Under the pieces are notes generated by a model. It was given only the letters and a program-made list of their open reading frames with translations, did no database searches and had not been told where the DNA came from. DNA of 64,000 nt from an uncultured Spirochaetales bacterium (GTDB lineage Bacteria; Spirochaetota; Spirochaetia; Treponematales; JBGSOB01). Position 1 is the stretch's first letter. Each line of letters opens with the position of its first letter. Location of the stretch: contig CAYYCP010000006.1 in assembly GCA_964470375.1 (NCBI GenBank), positions 524 through 64,523 of the forward strand, written 5' to 3'. The translations under genes were made by a program, and so were the position numbers. This document shows, piece after piece, positions 24,468 through 34,443 of the stretch.

Positions 24468-25685
24468 TTACAGCTCTGGATACTCCTGTGCCGGATCAAC
24501 CCTGGGCCGTGTGTAATAATCAGCCGCGCGGCGGGCCCATTCGCCCTCCCGAGTCGAGAGGGCCTTCCATACTTGCCTGGCCTGGGCCGCGCGGCCCTCG
24601 CCATAGAGGGCCGCGCCAAGGTAGAAGAGGGTCCGATCCAAGGATTCCTCAGCAGCGTAGTCGGCCAGGGCCTTGTCCTTGGCCATGTCGGCTATCAACC
24701 CGCCCAAACTGCTGAAGGCGTAGTCCGGATCGGCCTCAAGGCGCGCCTGTATCATTCGCCCGGCCACGATGTCGACAGCCAGCATGAGGTGCTTGAGGCC
24801 CTGCCCGAATCGCCCGGTCTTGACGTAGAACTCTCCCAGGGTCCGGTAGGCTCTGGCGGCGAAGCGGGCGTCGTGCCGGTAGAGGGTAAGGAATTTATCG
24901 ATACCCTGGGCCGATAGGGCCGCCTGCATGGCCTCCAGGAGCCGGGCCTTGGCAGGATCGACGTAGAGGGGATCAGCGGCCAGGACCTGCTTGAGGGTGG
25001 TCTCCATCCCGGCGTAGTCCCGCCGGTCGGTGTAGAGAGCGGCCAGGGCATAACGGAATTCATGGACGTCGGACGGCACCAGGAGGGAGGAGGCCTGAGA
25101 GATGGCCAGCAGATACTGGCGTTCGGCCAACTTATGCTCGCCTTCGGCTAGGAAGACCCGGCCTATCCAGAACTCGGCCTCAGGGAAGCGCGCGCACTCG
25201 GATATCCGCTCGCGTAGCCCCGATAGCGAATCGCCGAGCCTTTCCTGGGGCAGAAGGAGGAGGAGATCCGAAATGACATCGATGAGGTTCTGGAAGACAT
25301 CGCTGATCCTGTAGCGCTCGATAGCCCGTATTTCGGCCAGCAGGGAGTCCCCGGCGCCCTCTCTGATCCGGCGCAAATCCATCTCGCGTAAATCCCTCCT
25401 GGACAGTGTGTCCAGGAGGAAACGCAGGGAATCCCCGTTCTCACGGGCCTCGCGAGAGCCCATGACTGTATCCAGGGATTCGGCCGTGCGCGCGTAACGC
25501 TCGCGTCTCAGCCGAGCCGCGTCCTTAAAGGCCAGGAGGGCTTTGTCGAACTCCCTGGCCTCAAAACGCGCCCGCCCCTCCTCGAGGAGTATCCAGGACT
25601 CCTCGGCCGCGGCCGTGAAAAGCGCGCCCATCAGGGTCAGGACCGCCAGGGTCCGGGCCGCCGCGCCCTCGAGCATCCTTCTCAT
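24468..25685 (-). CDS. Secreted TPR-like repeat protein
   Basis: Signal peptide (LAVLTLMGALFTAAA) followed by repeated helical A/L/Y-rich TPR-like units. ATGA overlap with the ispG stop. Confidence 0.7.
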   Translation of the reverse strand: MRRMLEGAAARTLAVLTLMGALFTAAAEESWILLEEGRARFEAREFDKALLAFKDAARLRRERYARTAESLDTVMGSREARENGDSLRFLLDTLSRRDLREMDLRRIREGAGDSLLAEIRAIERYRISDVFQNLIDVISDLLLLLPQERLGDSLSGLRERISECARFPEAEFWIGRVFLAEGEHKLAERQYLLAISQASSLLVPSDVHEFRYALAALYTDRRDYAGMETTLKQVLAADPLYVDPAKARLLEAMQAALSAQGIDKFLTLYRHDARFAARAYRTLGEFYVKTGRFGQGLKHLMLAVDIVAGRMIQARLEADPDYAFSSLGGLIADMAKDKALADYAAEESLDRTLFYLGAALYGEGRAAQARQVWKALSTREGEWARRAADYYTRPRVDPAQEYPEL

Positions 25686-26755
25686 CCTCCACCGTCCGGG
25701 GAGTCGAGCTTCTGGAGCAGCTCCCCGAATTCCCTATCGGCATCCTCGGGCCTGACCGTTCGCGATATCTTGCCGCGCTCGAAAATCAGCACCTTGTCCC
25801 CGGCCCCGGTGATGCCCAGGTCGGCCCGGGCCCCCTCCCCAGGACCGTTCACCACACACCCCATCACCGCGATACTTACGGGCGCGCGGAGGCGGTAAAG
25901 GCGCTCGCGCCAGCGCTCCAGGAAGGCGTGGGTATCGAAGGTGGCCCGTCCGCAGCGCGGGCAGGAAATGATGCGAGCCCCGCCGGGTCGCGAGCCTAGG
26001 GCGGCCAGGATCTCCCTGCCGGCTATCACCTCGCTCTCCTCCGTATCGCTCAGGGAGACGCGGATGGTGGCGCCTATGCCATCGGGTATCAGGCCGGCCA
26101 GGGCCACGGCCGTGCGGGCCACCCCCGCGATGAGGGGGCCAGCCTCAGTCACGCCCAGGTGGAGGGGCGCGTCATGGCGCGAGGCGAAGAGACGGTTGGC
26201 CCTCAGGCATTCGTCCAGGTCGGAGGACTTCATGGACACGACGATATCCCGGAAGCCGAGGGCGTCCAGAACAGCTATCTCGCGCTCGGCCGCCAGGACC
26301 ATGGCCTCGGCCCTGTCCTCGGCCTGCCTGAGGTCGGCCGGGAGGGAGCCTGCGTTCACCCCTACCCTTATGGGTACGCCCCTGTCCGCGGCCTTCCTGG
26401 CCACTTCCCCTACCTTCCAGGATTCGCCGATGTTTCCGGGGTTGATCCGTATCTTGGCGATCGGGAAGTCTAGGCAGCGCAGGGCTATGCGCCAGTCGAA
26501 GTGGATGTCCGCCACGAGGGGCAAGTCGATGCCGCGCTCCTGGAGGAGCCCGGCCAGGGTTCCGAGGGCCTCGGCGGCCCCGATGTCCGGACAGGCGAAG
26601 CGCAGGAGCTCGCAGCCGAGGCCTTGGAGGGACACCAGCCGGGGGAGGATGGAAGCGGGATCGGGCGGCAGGGGGGCCTTCCACATGGTCTGGACGCGGA
26701 TGGGCGTGTCCCCGCCCAAAGTCAGGCTCCCCGCGCGTACCTGACGCGCTTTCAT
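25682..26755 (-). CDS. ispG: 4-hydroxy-3-methylbut-2-en-1-yl diphosphate synthase
   Basis: TPIRVQTM...RINPGNIG...ISCPRCGR...MGCVVNGPGE are the GcpE motifs with the three Fe-S cysteines. Confidence 0.92.
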   Translation of the reverse strand: MKARQVRAGSLTLGGDTPIRVQTMWKAPLPPDPASILPRLVSLQGLGCELLRFACPDIGAAEALGTLAGLLQERGIDLPLVADIHFDWRIALRCLDFPIAKIRINPGNIGESWKVGEVARKAADRGVPIRVGVNAGSLPADLRQAEDRAEAMVLAAEREIAVLDALGFRDIVVSMKSSDLDECLRANRLFASRHDAPLHLGVTEAGPLIAGVARTAVALAGLIPDGIGATIRVSLSDTEESEVIAGREILAALGSRPGGARIISCPRCGRATFDTHAFLERWRERLYRLRAPVSIAVMGCVVNGPGEGARADLGITGAGDKVLIFERGKISRTVRPEDADREFGELLQKLDSPDGGG

Positions 26756-26785
26756 CCCGGTATCATGAGTCCTTCCGGCCTTCTC

Positions 26786-27208
26786 TCAGAGGGCCCCGAA
26801 GGTAAACGCCATCACGAAAAGGGCCACCGTCTCGCAGAGCCCGACGACCGTGATGTAGAGCCCGAAACCCTTGCCCGTCTCTCCCAATGCGTCGCAACTG
26901 GAAGCCGATGCCTTCCCCTGGGCTATAGCCGACATGCCCATGGCGGCCCCGCCTATACTGCCCGCGCCGAGGGCCAGCAGGGGATCGGACACCCCCTTCA
27001 GCATTTGCTGCATGAGGATGAAACCGTAGATGGTTTGGGTCAAGGGCGCCCCGGCGAACACGACGAGAAGGAAGGATGCGGGCTTATTGGCCATGTAGTT
27101 CCTCTTCCATGCTCCGATGGCGGCCTGCCCCGCAATTCCGGCGCCGATGGCCGAGCCTATGGCCGAAAGACCGAGGACCGCCGCGATGCCTATCATGCCG
27201 ATATCCAT
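26786..27208 (-). CDS. atpK: V-type ATP synthase subunit K (proteolipid)
   Basis: 140 aa, glycine/alanine-rich four-helix proteolipid ending ...GLCETVALFV. AAGGAG SD. Confidence 0.85.
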   Translation of the reverse strand: MDIGMIGIAAVLGLSAIGSAIGAGIAGQAAIGAWKRNYMANKPASFLLVVFAGAPLTQTIYGFILMQQMLKGVSDPLLALGAGSIGGAAMGMSAIAQGKASASSCDALGETGKGFGLYITVVGLCETVALFVMAFTFGAL

Positions 27209-27226
27209 TTCCCACTCCTTTCAGGA

Positions 27227-29068
27227 TCAGGGCTCTTCCGCCGTCGGCGTTTCCCTGAATGGTTCGTATTTATAGCCTGACCATTCCATGCCCAGATGGC
27301 CGGAAAATTCCAGCATGTTCAGGCGCACTCCATGTACTATGACCGATAACACACTCATCACGATGTTCAATCCATGCCCGAAGAGCACGAGGACGACGCC
27401 GGCCAGGAACAAGGCCATATGGCCGAATAAGGGCCCGGCCATGCCGTTGACGGTCTGGCTGATGGCCGCCCCAGCCAATCCCACCGCCCATAGGCGTATG
27501 TAGGAAACGATGTCGGCGAAGACGTTCACAACGCCCAGGAGCACGGAGACGATATTCTTGAGGCTCTCGAGGACGCCGCTGATTATGCCGCGCAACAATC
27601 CCCGGCCGCCCTGGTAGTTCGCGAAAATGAAGTTGAGGCCGAAGCCCGCGAGGATGGCATAGAGCGCCCAGACGGGCATAGGATAGGTTTCCGCGTCAAG
27701 CACGAGGTTCCGCACGAGGAAGAACACCCCCACCAGCATCGCCAACTGGCCTAGCTGGGCAAGGACCTTGGGGGAGCGAATATCGCGCCTCAGGTTCTTA
27801 AGGTGGGCCAGGCTGAGTTGGATAATGGCTATGTAGAAGCACAGGAGCTTCACGTTTTCGCCCGCCTCCGGATTGTCGGACGCGATCCAGGGTATGGATA
27901 TTTTCCTGAAGAACGCAGGCAGGGCTTCAAGGGGCAAGCCGAACCATGAACCCGTCAGCGCCCCCCATGCCATCGTCGATGCCGAAAGCAGGAGGAGGAG
28001 CCTTACCATGTCGGGGACCTTGCCGCCGCGCGCCTTGGAGGCGACGGCGATCACCGCGCCGGCGAGAAGCATGACGGCCCCGTAGCCCCCGTCGCCGAAG
28101 ATCATGGCGAAAAAGATGCAGAAAAAGGCTAAGAACCACAGCGATATCTCATATTCCCGATAGTTGGGCACAGTGCCGAGGAAATCGAAGACCGGCTGGA
28201 TGATGCGCACCAGGGGGCCATTGGATACCTTCGTGGGCGGCATCTCCTCATCGGCGGGCTCGTCGCAGGAGAGGCCCCAGCCGCGCTCCTTGGCCAAGGC
28301 TGCCAGGCGGGCTTCTTCTGAGGCCGGAATCCATCCCTCCAGGTAGGCCAAACCGGAATCCTGCGGCATGCCGCTGCGCAGGTTCTCGAAAGTCTCGCCC
28401 CTGCGCGCCAAAGCCAGTTCCTTCTGCACCGCCGGGAGGGCCCCGGCCAGCTCGGCCTTGCGCTTCTTGAGGCGGGCGGCCTCAGCCTTGAGCTCGGCGA
28501 TCTCGGCCTCCAGGGCTTTCAGGCCCTTGTCCGGGATCGTCAGCGCCTCCGGGAGGAGGGAGGGATCGAGACCTGACGGAGAGAAGCTGAGGTAGTATAC
28601 GCGGCCCTTGGCCTGTCCGGCCAGGACGGCCAAGCAGCCTTCGGGAAAGACCGCGGGGGCCTTAGCCTGCAGGGAATGCAGGCGGACAAGGTAGCCTGAT
28701 CCGGCCAGGTCGGCCAGGGAGGCGGGGTCGAAGTCCCCCCAGGGCGCGATCCGGTCACGTTCACGCTGGGCCAGGGCCAGGAGCTCGAGATTCCGCCTCT
28801 CTGAGGCTTCGATGTCCTCCAGGGCCTTGGCCGCCTCCAGCCCACCCATGCCTTCAACGGCATTGAGATCCTTGGATGGATGTATGCCGGATAGGGTCGC
28901 GGCCGCCTTCTCAAGAAGGATCCGTCCGTTTCGGAGTTCCTCCAGGCACCTTCCCTGCCCGGCCACCGGTTCCACGTGGACCAAGCCGAGGGACCTCAAG
29001 GCCTGCAGTCCCTCCACCTTGCAGGAATCGAGCATCACCACCAGGCACTTCTTCATGGGGACGATCAT
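27227..29068 (-). CDS. atpI: V-type ATP synthase subunit I
   Basis: 613 aa. The N-terminal half is soluble and coiled-coil; the C-terminal half is multi-TM with SYIRLWAVGLA. Position in the operon supports the call. Confidence 0.85.
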   Translation of the reverse strand: MIVPMKKCLVVMLDSCKVEGLQALRSLGLVHVEPVAGQGRCLEELRNGRILLEKAAATLSGIHPSKDLNAVEGMGGLEAAKALEDIEASERRNLELLALAQRERDRIAPWGDFDPASLADLAGSGYLVRLHSLQAKAPAVFPEGCLAVLAGQAKGRVYYLSFSPSGLDPSLLPEALTIPDKGLKALEAEIAELKAEAARLKKRKAELAGALPAVQKELALARRGETFENLRSGMPQDSGLAYLEGWIPASEEARLAALAKERGWGLSCDEPADEEMPPTKVSNGPLVRIIQPVFDFLGTVPNYREYEISLWFLAFFCIFFAMIFGDGGYGAVMLLAGAVIAVASKARGGKVPDMVRLLLLLSASTMAWGALTGSWFGLPLEALPAFFRKISIPWIASDNPEAGENVKLLCFYIAIIQLSLAHLKNLRRDIRSPKVLAQLGQLAMLVGVFFLVRNLVLDAETYPMPVWALYAILAGFGLNFIFANYQGGRGLLRGIISGVLESLKNIVSVLLGVVNVFADIVSYIRLWAVGLAGAAISQTVNGMAGPLFGHMALFLAGVVLVLFGHGLNIVMSVLSVIVHGVRLNMLEFSGHLGMEWSGYKYEPFRETPTAEEP

Positions 29069-29679
29069 GGGGCCGCCCTCTCGAGGGTGCGCTTGGCGAT
29101 CTTGCCCCTGACCACCTGAGCGGTCTGCTGGTCCCCTAAGTATATGCCGATGCGGCGGATGTTCTCCTGGGCCTCAGGTATCTTCACCTTCTCGAAGAGG
29201 TTCACCCGCTGGGTGGTGATCCTGAGCTCCTCGCCCAGGCGGCGAATCTGCTCCTCCAGGACCTGTATCTCCAGGTCATAGAGCATCATGCGCGCCAGCT
29301 TGTCCAGGGCCGCGTCCACCCAGAGGGGACGGAGGAAGAGATCGTAGGCGGAGCGCTGGAAGTCGGCGCCCTTGAAGACCGGGATAGGCACGCCGGCAAT
29401 ATTGCCCTCCTCCGTGTGCAGGCGTTCCACCCGGATCAGCGGCTGTCCGGCCTCATCCAGGATGGCCGCGGACTCTCCGAAGACGCCTATCCAGGGCCTG
29501 AAAGACGCCCGCAGGCTCTCGCGCTCGCGAGACAGCTCGGCCTGCCTGGCCTCGATGGCGCGCATCTCGGCTTGGAGCTGCTGCTTCTTGAGCTGGAGGG
29601 TGGGCAGGTAGCGCCGGAACATCTTGAGCGAGTCCTTCTGCTTCTTGAGCTCGTTTTTCGTGAGCCTGAGCTTGGCCAT
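29065..29679 (-). CDS. atpD: V-type ATP synthase subunit D
   Basis: MAKLRLTKNELKKQKDSLKMFRRYLPTLQLKKQQL... The ORF track extends to 29730, but ATG 29679 lies 2 nt after the atpB stop and has a GGAG SD. Confidence 0.88.
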   Translation of the reverse strand: MAKLRLTKNELKKQKDSLKMFRRYLPTLQLKKQQLQAEMRAIEARQAELSRERESLRASFRPWIGVFGESAAILDEAGQPLIRVERLHTEEGNIAGVPIPVFKGADFQRSAYDLFLRPLWVDAALDKLARMMLYDLEIQVLEEQIRRLGEELRITTQRVNLFEKVKIPEAQENIRRIGIYLGDQQTAQVVRGKIAKRTLERAAP

Positions 29680-29681
29680 GC

Positions 29682-31010
29682 CTACGCTCCGCTCCCTCCG
29701 GATCCGCCCGCGGCCGCCCCTGAGGGCCAAAATTTATCGATAAGCTCGCTGCGCAGTCCGGTCTCCTCGCGCTCGAAGCAGGCTGCCAGGATCTCCCATC
29801 CCTTATCCAAGGCCTTCTCCAGGGGAATGTTGACCGACAGGTCCATGAGCTCGCGCTCGAACAAGGCCCCGTACTTGAGGAGCTTGCGGTCCCAGGCCGA
29901 CATGATGAAGCCCATGGCCTTCTTCTCAAGTGAATCGCGATAAGCGGCGTAGAGCTTGATCATTCCATCCATCAGGGCGCGGTGATCAGCGCGGGTCCGC
30001 CCGTTGACCTGCTGCTTGAGGCGCGAGAGGGAGCCGAAGGGCTCAATGCGCCCGTTTTTGAGGTAGAATTGGCCCTCGGTGATGTAGCCGGTGTTGTCCG
30101 GGATGGGATGCGTCACATCGTCCCCGGGCATGGTGGTGACGGCCAGGATGGTGATGGAGCCGGCGTCGGAAAAGTCTACGGCCTTTTCATAGCGCGCGGC
30201 CAACTGCGAGTACAGGTCGCCCGGATAGCCTCTGTTAGAAGGCACCTGCTCCTGGGTGATGGAGATCTCCTTCATGGCGTCGGCGAAGTTGGTCATGTCG
30301 GTCAGCAGCACCAGAACGTTCTTGCCGCGTAGGGCGAAGCGCTCGGCCACCGCCAAGGAGATGTCCGGCACCATCAGGCACTCCACCACCGGGTCCGAAG
30401 CGGTATGCACGAACATGATGGTCTTGGAGCTGGCCCCGCCGGCCTCCAGGCTGTCCTTGAAGAAAAGGTAGTCGTCGTGCTTGAGCCCCATGCCCCCGAG
30501 TACGATGATGTCCACCTCGGCTTGCATGGCGATGCGCGCCAGCAGGGGGTTGTAGGGCTCGCCCGAAACCGAGAATATCGGCAGCTTCTGGGAGCGGACC
30601 AGGGTGTTGAAAAGGTCGATCATGGGAATGCCGGTGCGTACCATGTCGCGGGGGATGATGCGCTTCCAGGGGTTGACCGATGGACCGCCCACCTCCACCA
30701 GGTTCTCCTCGAGGGTCGGGCCCTTGTCGCGCGGCTGCCCGGCCCCGTTGAAGACCCGCCCCAAAAGGGCGTCGCTGAAGGACACCCGCATCGGGTGGCC
30801 CAGGAAGCGTACCTCGTCTCCCGTGGACACGCCGCGTCCGCCGGCGAAGATCTGTAAGTAGACGTCTTCGCCGTCCAGCCTGATGACCTCGGCCAAAGAT
30901 GGTCCGAAGCGCGTGCTCACCTGGGCCAGTTCGCCGTAGCTCACGTCCTGGGCCCGCACGCAGATGACGTTGCCGGTGATGCTCTCAATCCTATCGTATA
31001 CCTTATGCAT
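29682..31010 (-). CDS. atpB: V-type ATP synthase subunit B
   Basis: RGQKLPIFS-type block ([15 protein letters not shown]) and PGRRGYPGY-type block ([13 protein letters not shown]). 442 aa. Confidence 0.93.
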   Translation of the reverse strand: MHKVYDRIESITGNVICVRAQDVSYGELAQVSTRFGPSLAEVIRLDGEDVYLQIFAGGRGVSTGDEVRFLGHPMRVSFSDALLGRVFNGAGQPRDKGPTLEENLVEVGGPSVNPWKRIIPRDMVRTGIPMIDLFNTLVRSQKLPIFSVSGEPYNPLLARIAMQAEVDIIVLGGMGLKHDDYLFFKDSLEAGGASSKTIMFVHTASDPVVECLMVPDISLAVAERFALRGKNVLVLLTDMTNFADAMKEISITQEQVPSNRGYPGDLYSQLAARYEKAVDFSDAGSITILAVTTMPGDDVTHPIPDNTGYITEGQFYLKNGRIEPFGSLSRLKQQVNGRTRADHRALMDGMIKLYAAYRDSLEKKAMGFIMSAWDRKLLKYGALFERELMDLSVNIPLEKALDKGWEILAACFEREETGLRSELIDKFWPSGAAAGGSGGSGA

Positions 31011-31013
31011 GCC

Positions 31014-32783
31014 TTACCCCGCCATTCCGATGGCCCGGCGCGCGGCCGGATCGATCCCGCCGCTGCCGGCGGCCAAAGCCTCGCGTATGCCCAACTCGAT
31101 CTCCTGGAAGCGGGGGGTGCCCCACTCGCATCCATTCCAGTCCATCAGCCGCTGGCGCATGCCGTTGAACCAGCTCCGGGCCTCCTGTTTCCCGGGGAAG
31201 GCGAAAGTCGAGGCAAGGATCTCGAGGATGAGGCCGAAGCAGTGCTTCTGGCGCTCGGGCGAAACGGCCGCGTCCACCGGATCGAAGGAATTCTGCTGGA
31301 AGTAGGTGGCGTCCAGGAGCTCGCCCTTCAGGTAGACCACGAAATCTTCCACGCTTGTGCCTTCCTCTCCGACCACCTTCATCATCTGCTCCACCTCGGC
31401 CCCTCGGACCATGAAGGAGTGGGCGTACTCCACCCGGGAGCGATCGATGATGCCCGGGTACTTGGACCATGAATCCAGGGGGTGTATGGCCGGGTACTTG
31501 CGCGCGTCCGACCTTTCGCGCGAGAGGCCGTGAAAGGCCCCCACCACCTTGAGGGTGGCCTGGGTGACCGGTTCCTCGAAGTTGCCTCCGGCAGGCGAGA
31601 CCGTCCCGCCGATGGTGACAGATCCGGTGGAGCCGTCGCGCAGGCGCACGATCCCTCCCCGCTCGTAGAAGCCGGCTATAACGGATTCCAGATAGGCCGG
31701 GAAGGCCTCCTCGCCGGGGATCTCCTCGAGCCGCCCGGACATCTCGCGCATGGCTTGGGCCCAGCGGCTGGTCGAGTCCGCCAGGAGGAGGACATGCAGG
31801 CCCATCTGGCGGTAGTACTCAGCGATGGTCACGGCCGTGTACACCGATGCCTCACGCGATGCCACCGGCATGGACGAGGTGTTACAGATGATGATAGTGC
31901 GCTCCATCAGCGACCTGCCCGTGCGCGGGTCAAGGAGCTGGGGGAATTCCTTGAGGGTCTCCACCACCTCGCCGGCCCGTTCGCCGCAGGCGGCGATGAT
32001 CACGATGTCCACATCGGCGTGTCGGCTGGTGATCTGCTGGAGGACGGTCTTGCCGGCCCCGAAGGGCCCTGGGATGCAGTATGTCCCACCCCGCGCCACC
32101 GGGAAGAAGGTATCGATCAGGCGCACCTTGGTGACCAGGGGATCAACCGGCCGCAGGCGCTCCTCGTAGCATCGCACCGGGCGCTTGACCGGCCAGTGGA
32201 AGGACAAGCCCAGGGAGCGCCGCTCGCCGTCGGGCCCCTCCAGAACGGCTATCTCGTCGTCCAGGGTATAGGCGCCGGCCGCCTTCAGTGAGATCAGCTT
32301 GTGCTCGCCCAGGAAGGAGAAGGGCACCATGATGCGGTGCTTGAAGGCTCCCTCGGGCACCGTGCCAAGACAGTCCCCGGCCCCCAGGAGATCGCCCGGC
32401 TTCGCAACCGGACTGAAGGCCCACTTGCGCCCGCGCGGCAGTGGGTCGAGGTAGAGACCACGCTCCAGGAAGTTGCCGGCCTTCTCCGCCAGAAGGGGCA
32501 GGGGGTTCTGCAGCCCGTCGAATACCTGTCCCAGGAGACCGGGCCCCAGCTCGGCGGCCAGCATCTCGCCTGAGAATTCCACCTCGTCGCCCACCTTGAG
32601 ACCCTTGGTCATCTCGAAGACCTGGGCCTGAAGGCGGCCGCCGCGGATGCGGATGACCTCACTCTTGAGCCTGCGCCCCCCGGAGAGGACGTAGCAGACC
32701 TCATTCAGCGACACGGTGCCCTCGGCCGCCACCGTGACCATGTTGCCGTTGACGCCGATCACCTTCCCGACCGCCTGCATCAT
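31014..32783 (-). CDS. atpA: V-type ATP synthase subunit A (catalytic)
   Basis: Walker A GPFGAGKTVLQQ, plus ...LLADSTSRWAQAMREMS...PGEEAFPAYL. 589 aa. Confidence 0.93.
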   Translation of the reverse strand: MMQAVGKVIGVNGNMVTVAAEGTVSLNEVCYVLSGGRRLKSEVIRIRGGRLQAQVFEMTKGLKVGDEVEFSGEMLAAELGPGLLGQVFDGLQNPLPLLAEKAGNFLERGLYLDPLPRGRKWAFSPVAKPGDLLGAGDCLGTVPEGAFKHRIMVPFSFLGEHKLISLKAAGAYTLDDEIAVLEGPDGERRSLGLSFHWPVKRPVRCYEERLRPVDPLVTKVRLIDTFFPVARGGTYCIPGPFGAGKTVLQQITSRHADVDIVIIAACGERAGEVVETLKEFPQLLDPRTGRSLMERTIIICNTSSMPVASREASVYTAVTIAEYYRQMGLHVLLLADSTSRWAQAMREMSGRLEEIPGEEAFPAYLESVIAGFYERGGIVRLRDGSTGSVTIGGTVSPAGGNFEEPVTQATLKVVGAFHGLSRERSDARKYPAIHPLDSWSKYPGIIDRSRVEYAHSFMVRGAEVEQMMKVVGEEGTSVEDFVVYLKGELLDATYFQQNSFDPVDAAVSPERQKHCFGLILEILASTFAFPGKQEARSWFNGMRQRLMDWNGCEWGTPRFQEIELGIREALAAGSGGIDPAARRAIGMAG

Positions 32784-33343
32784 GCCATCACTCCATTCGC
32801 CCTATCCAATACCGCCCGATAGGCGGCGTCATATTCCCTCCGCCCGGCTTCCTCGGAAAAGAGGGCCAGGCGCTCGAGGAGGCGCAGCTTCACGTAATAC
32901 GCCTCCAAGGCGTCCAGGCCAAAGGCGTCCAGGCCCGTACGCGAGTCCAGCCAGGCCCATAGACATTTCCCCAGCTCAAGCTCGCATTGGAGGGGATCGC
33001 CGGCGGAGAATGCCCGCCGCGCGCTTTGTACGGGCTCTGGATCAAGGTAGGGCCGGTACAGAGGGCGGGCGAAGCCCTCCCCCTGCAGCCCCAACCTCTG
33101 GGCCCTGAGCCGGGCCAACTCATTGCGCAGGACGAGTTCGCGGAAAAGATAGTCGCCCGCCAAGCCCTGGGCGCCGGCGCAGGCCGGGGAACCCGGTTCC
33201 AATTCGACCTGGCGCAGGCGCCCAAGGTCTTCAGGCGGCATGTGCCGGGCGCAGAGCTCCAGAAAGGCCGGCGTCGACAGGGGGGCTTTCTCAGTCAGGA
33301 TGAGGGCCGGCAAGCTGGCAGCCAGGAAGTAGTAAGCGCTCAC
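32780..33343 (-). CDS. Conserved hypothetical protein of spirochete-type V-ATPase operons (DUF2764-like position)
   Basis: 187-aa helical ORF with ATGA-type overlaps on both sides (with atpE and atpA). It occupies the same slot as the uncharacterised gene between E and A in spirochete V-ATPase operons (from memory). Confidence 0.6.
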   Translation of the reverse strand: MSAYYFLAASLPALILTEKAPLSTPAFLELCARHMPPEDLGRLRQVELEPGSPACAGAQGLAGDYLFRELVLRNELARLRAQRLGLQGEGFARPLYRPYLDPEPVQSARRAFSAGDPLQCELELGKCLWAWLDSRTGLDAFGLDALEAYYVKLRLLERLALFSEEAGRREYDAAYRAVLDRANGVMA

Positions 33344-33957
33344 GCCCCGGCGCCTCCGGTCTGCTGTCTGACGAGGGCGGCCAGGGATGGCCCCAAGAGC
33401 TGGGAAAGGGCCTCGGCCACGGCCTCGGCCGAATAATCATAATAGGCCGCCCCCTCCTTCATGGAGATACGGAAGCCGCTCTTGAGGCGGGCATGGGGCT
33501 TGAGGGTAAGGCCGGCCCTGAGCTCCTCGGCCAGGAGACTATGCAGACGCGATTCCAAACGCCGGAAATCCGCCTCGGGGAGGGAGATGGAGGCCCCGGC
33601 TGCGCTTTGGCCCATGGCCTTGATGACGGCCGGGAGGAGGGCCGCCATAGTGTCGCCGCCCATGGCTTCCTTTACGTCCTTGAGGATGAGGGAATCAGCC
33701 AGTCCTTGGATTTCCTTCCTGAGAAGGAGCATGGTATCGCGGGCGGCGTTTGCCAAGGCGGCCTTGCCGGAAGCCAATTCGCGCTCGGCCTCGGCGCGGG
33801 CCTTCTCCAGGATGGCCTTGGCCTCGACTTGGGCCCGGGCCAGTTCGGCGGCCGCTTCGGCCTTGGCCCCGGCTATGATGCCCTCGGCCTCCGCACGGGT
33901 GGCCTGGATGCCTTCGGCCTTGATCCTATCTATGATTTCCTGGACCTGGACTGCCAT
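33340..33957 (-). CDS. atpE: V-type ATP synthase subunit E
   Basis: The long N-terminal Ala/Glu/Lys coiled coil (IIDRIKAEGIQATRAEAEGIIAGAKAEAAAELARAQVEAKAILEKARAEAERE) is typical of E subunits. GGGGGGAG SD. Confidence 0.75.
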   Translation of the reverse strand: MAVQVQEIIDRIKAEGIQATRAEAEGIIAGAKAEAAAELARAQVEAKAILEKARAEAERELASGKAALANAARDTMLLLRKEIQGLADSLILKDVKEAMGGDTMAALLPAVIKAMGQSAAGASISLPEADFRRLESRLHSLLAEELRAGLTLKPHARLKSGFRISMKEGAAYYDYSAEAVAEALSQLLGPSLAALVRQQTGGAGA

Positions 33958-33966
33958 GCTCCCCCC

Positions 33967-34329
33967 TTATTCCTGATGCCCGCCGGCATGCCTGAGTGCT
34001 TTGCGTATTTTCCTGTCCACGAAGCGTTCTATGGCCTGTGGGTATTCCATCTCGCTGACCCTCGTCCTGACAAGGTCCCTGACCATGCCCGCATACTCCT
34101 CGGCGTCCTTTATCCCGGAGTCATCGATCTTTGCCAGCTCGTCCATGAGGAGGCGCACGCAATCGGCCTCTTTCTCAAGGAGAGCCACGTTCTCCAGGAA
34201 CACGTACTGGGACACCTTGAGGCGCTCGAATTCAGAGCGGTAGCGGGCCTCGACATGGTCGATGTCCTCGAGGATATCTTCGAGCTCGGCTAAGAGCGTC
34301 GCCTTGAATCGCTTGAGCCTGACATCCAT
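33967..34329 (-). CDS. Hypothetical 120-aa helical protein, first gene of the V-ATPase transcription unit
   Basis: GGAG SD 7 nt before ATG 34329 (ORF track starts at 34362). Ends 9 nt before atpE. A predicted promoter lies upstream. Confidence 0.5.
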   Translation of the reverse strand: MDVRLKRFKATLLAELEDILEDIDHVEARYRSEFERLKVSQYVFLENVALLEKEADCVRLLMDELAKIDDSGIKDAEEYAGMVRDLVRTRVSEMEYPQAIERFVDRKIRKALRHAGGHQE

Positions 34330-34390
34330 CCACGCACTCCGATGTGGGCGGCCGCCTGGCACGCTGTCGCGGCGCCCGCTCGATTACGAC

Positions 34391-34419
34391 ATACTACATG
34401 AAAGCGTCGTGCTGTACAA
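34391..34419 (-). promoter_or_regulatory. Predicted promoter of the V-ATPase operon (TTGTAC-17-TAGTAT)
   Basis: Minus strand: TTGTAC (34419-34414), 17-nt spacer, TAGTAT (34396-34391). Confidence 0.5.
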
Positions 34420-34443
34420 GAAGGATCGAATTCCCTTCCCTTA

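Noticed and set aside
25941-26744. 267-aa plus-strand ORF antisense to ispG.
   Set aside because: Shadow ORF; ispG on the minus strand is unambiguous.
31482-32291. 269-aa plus-strand ORF antisense to atpA. The 33493-34293 ORF antisense to atpE and the upstream gene is similar.
   Set aside because: Gly/Arg/Leu-rich shadow frames opposite clearly conserved V-ATPase genes.
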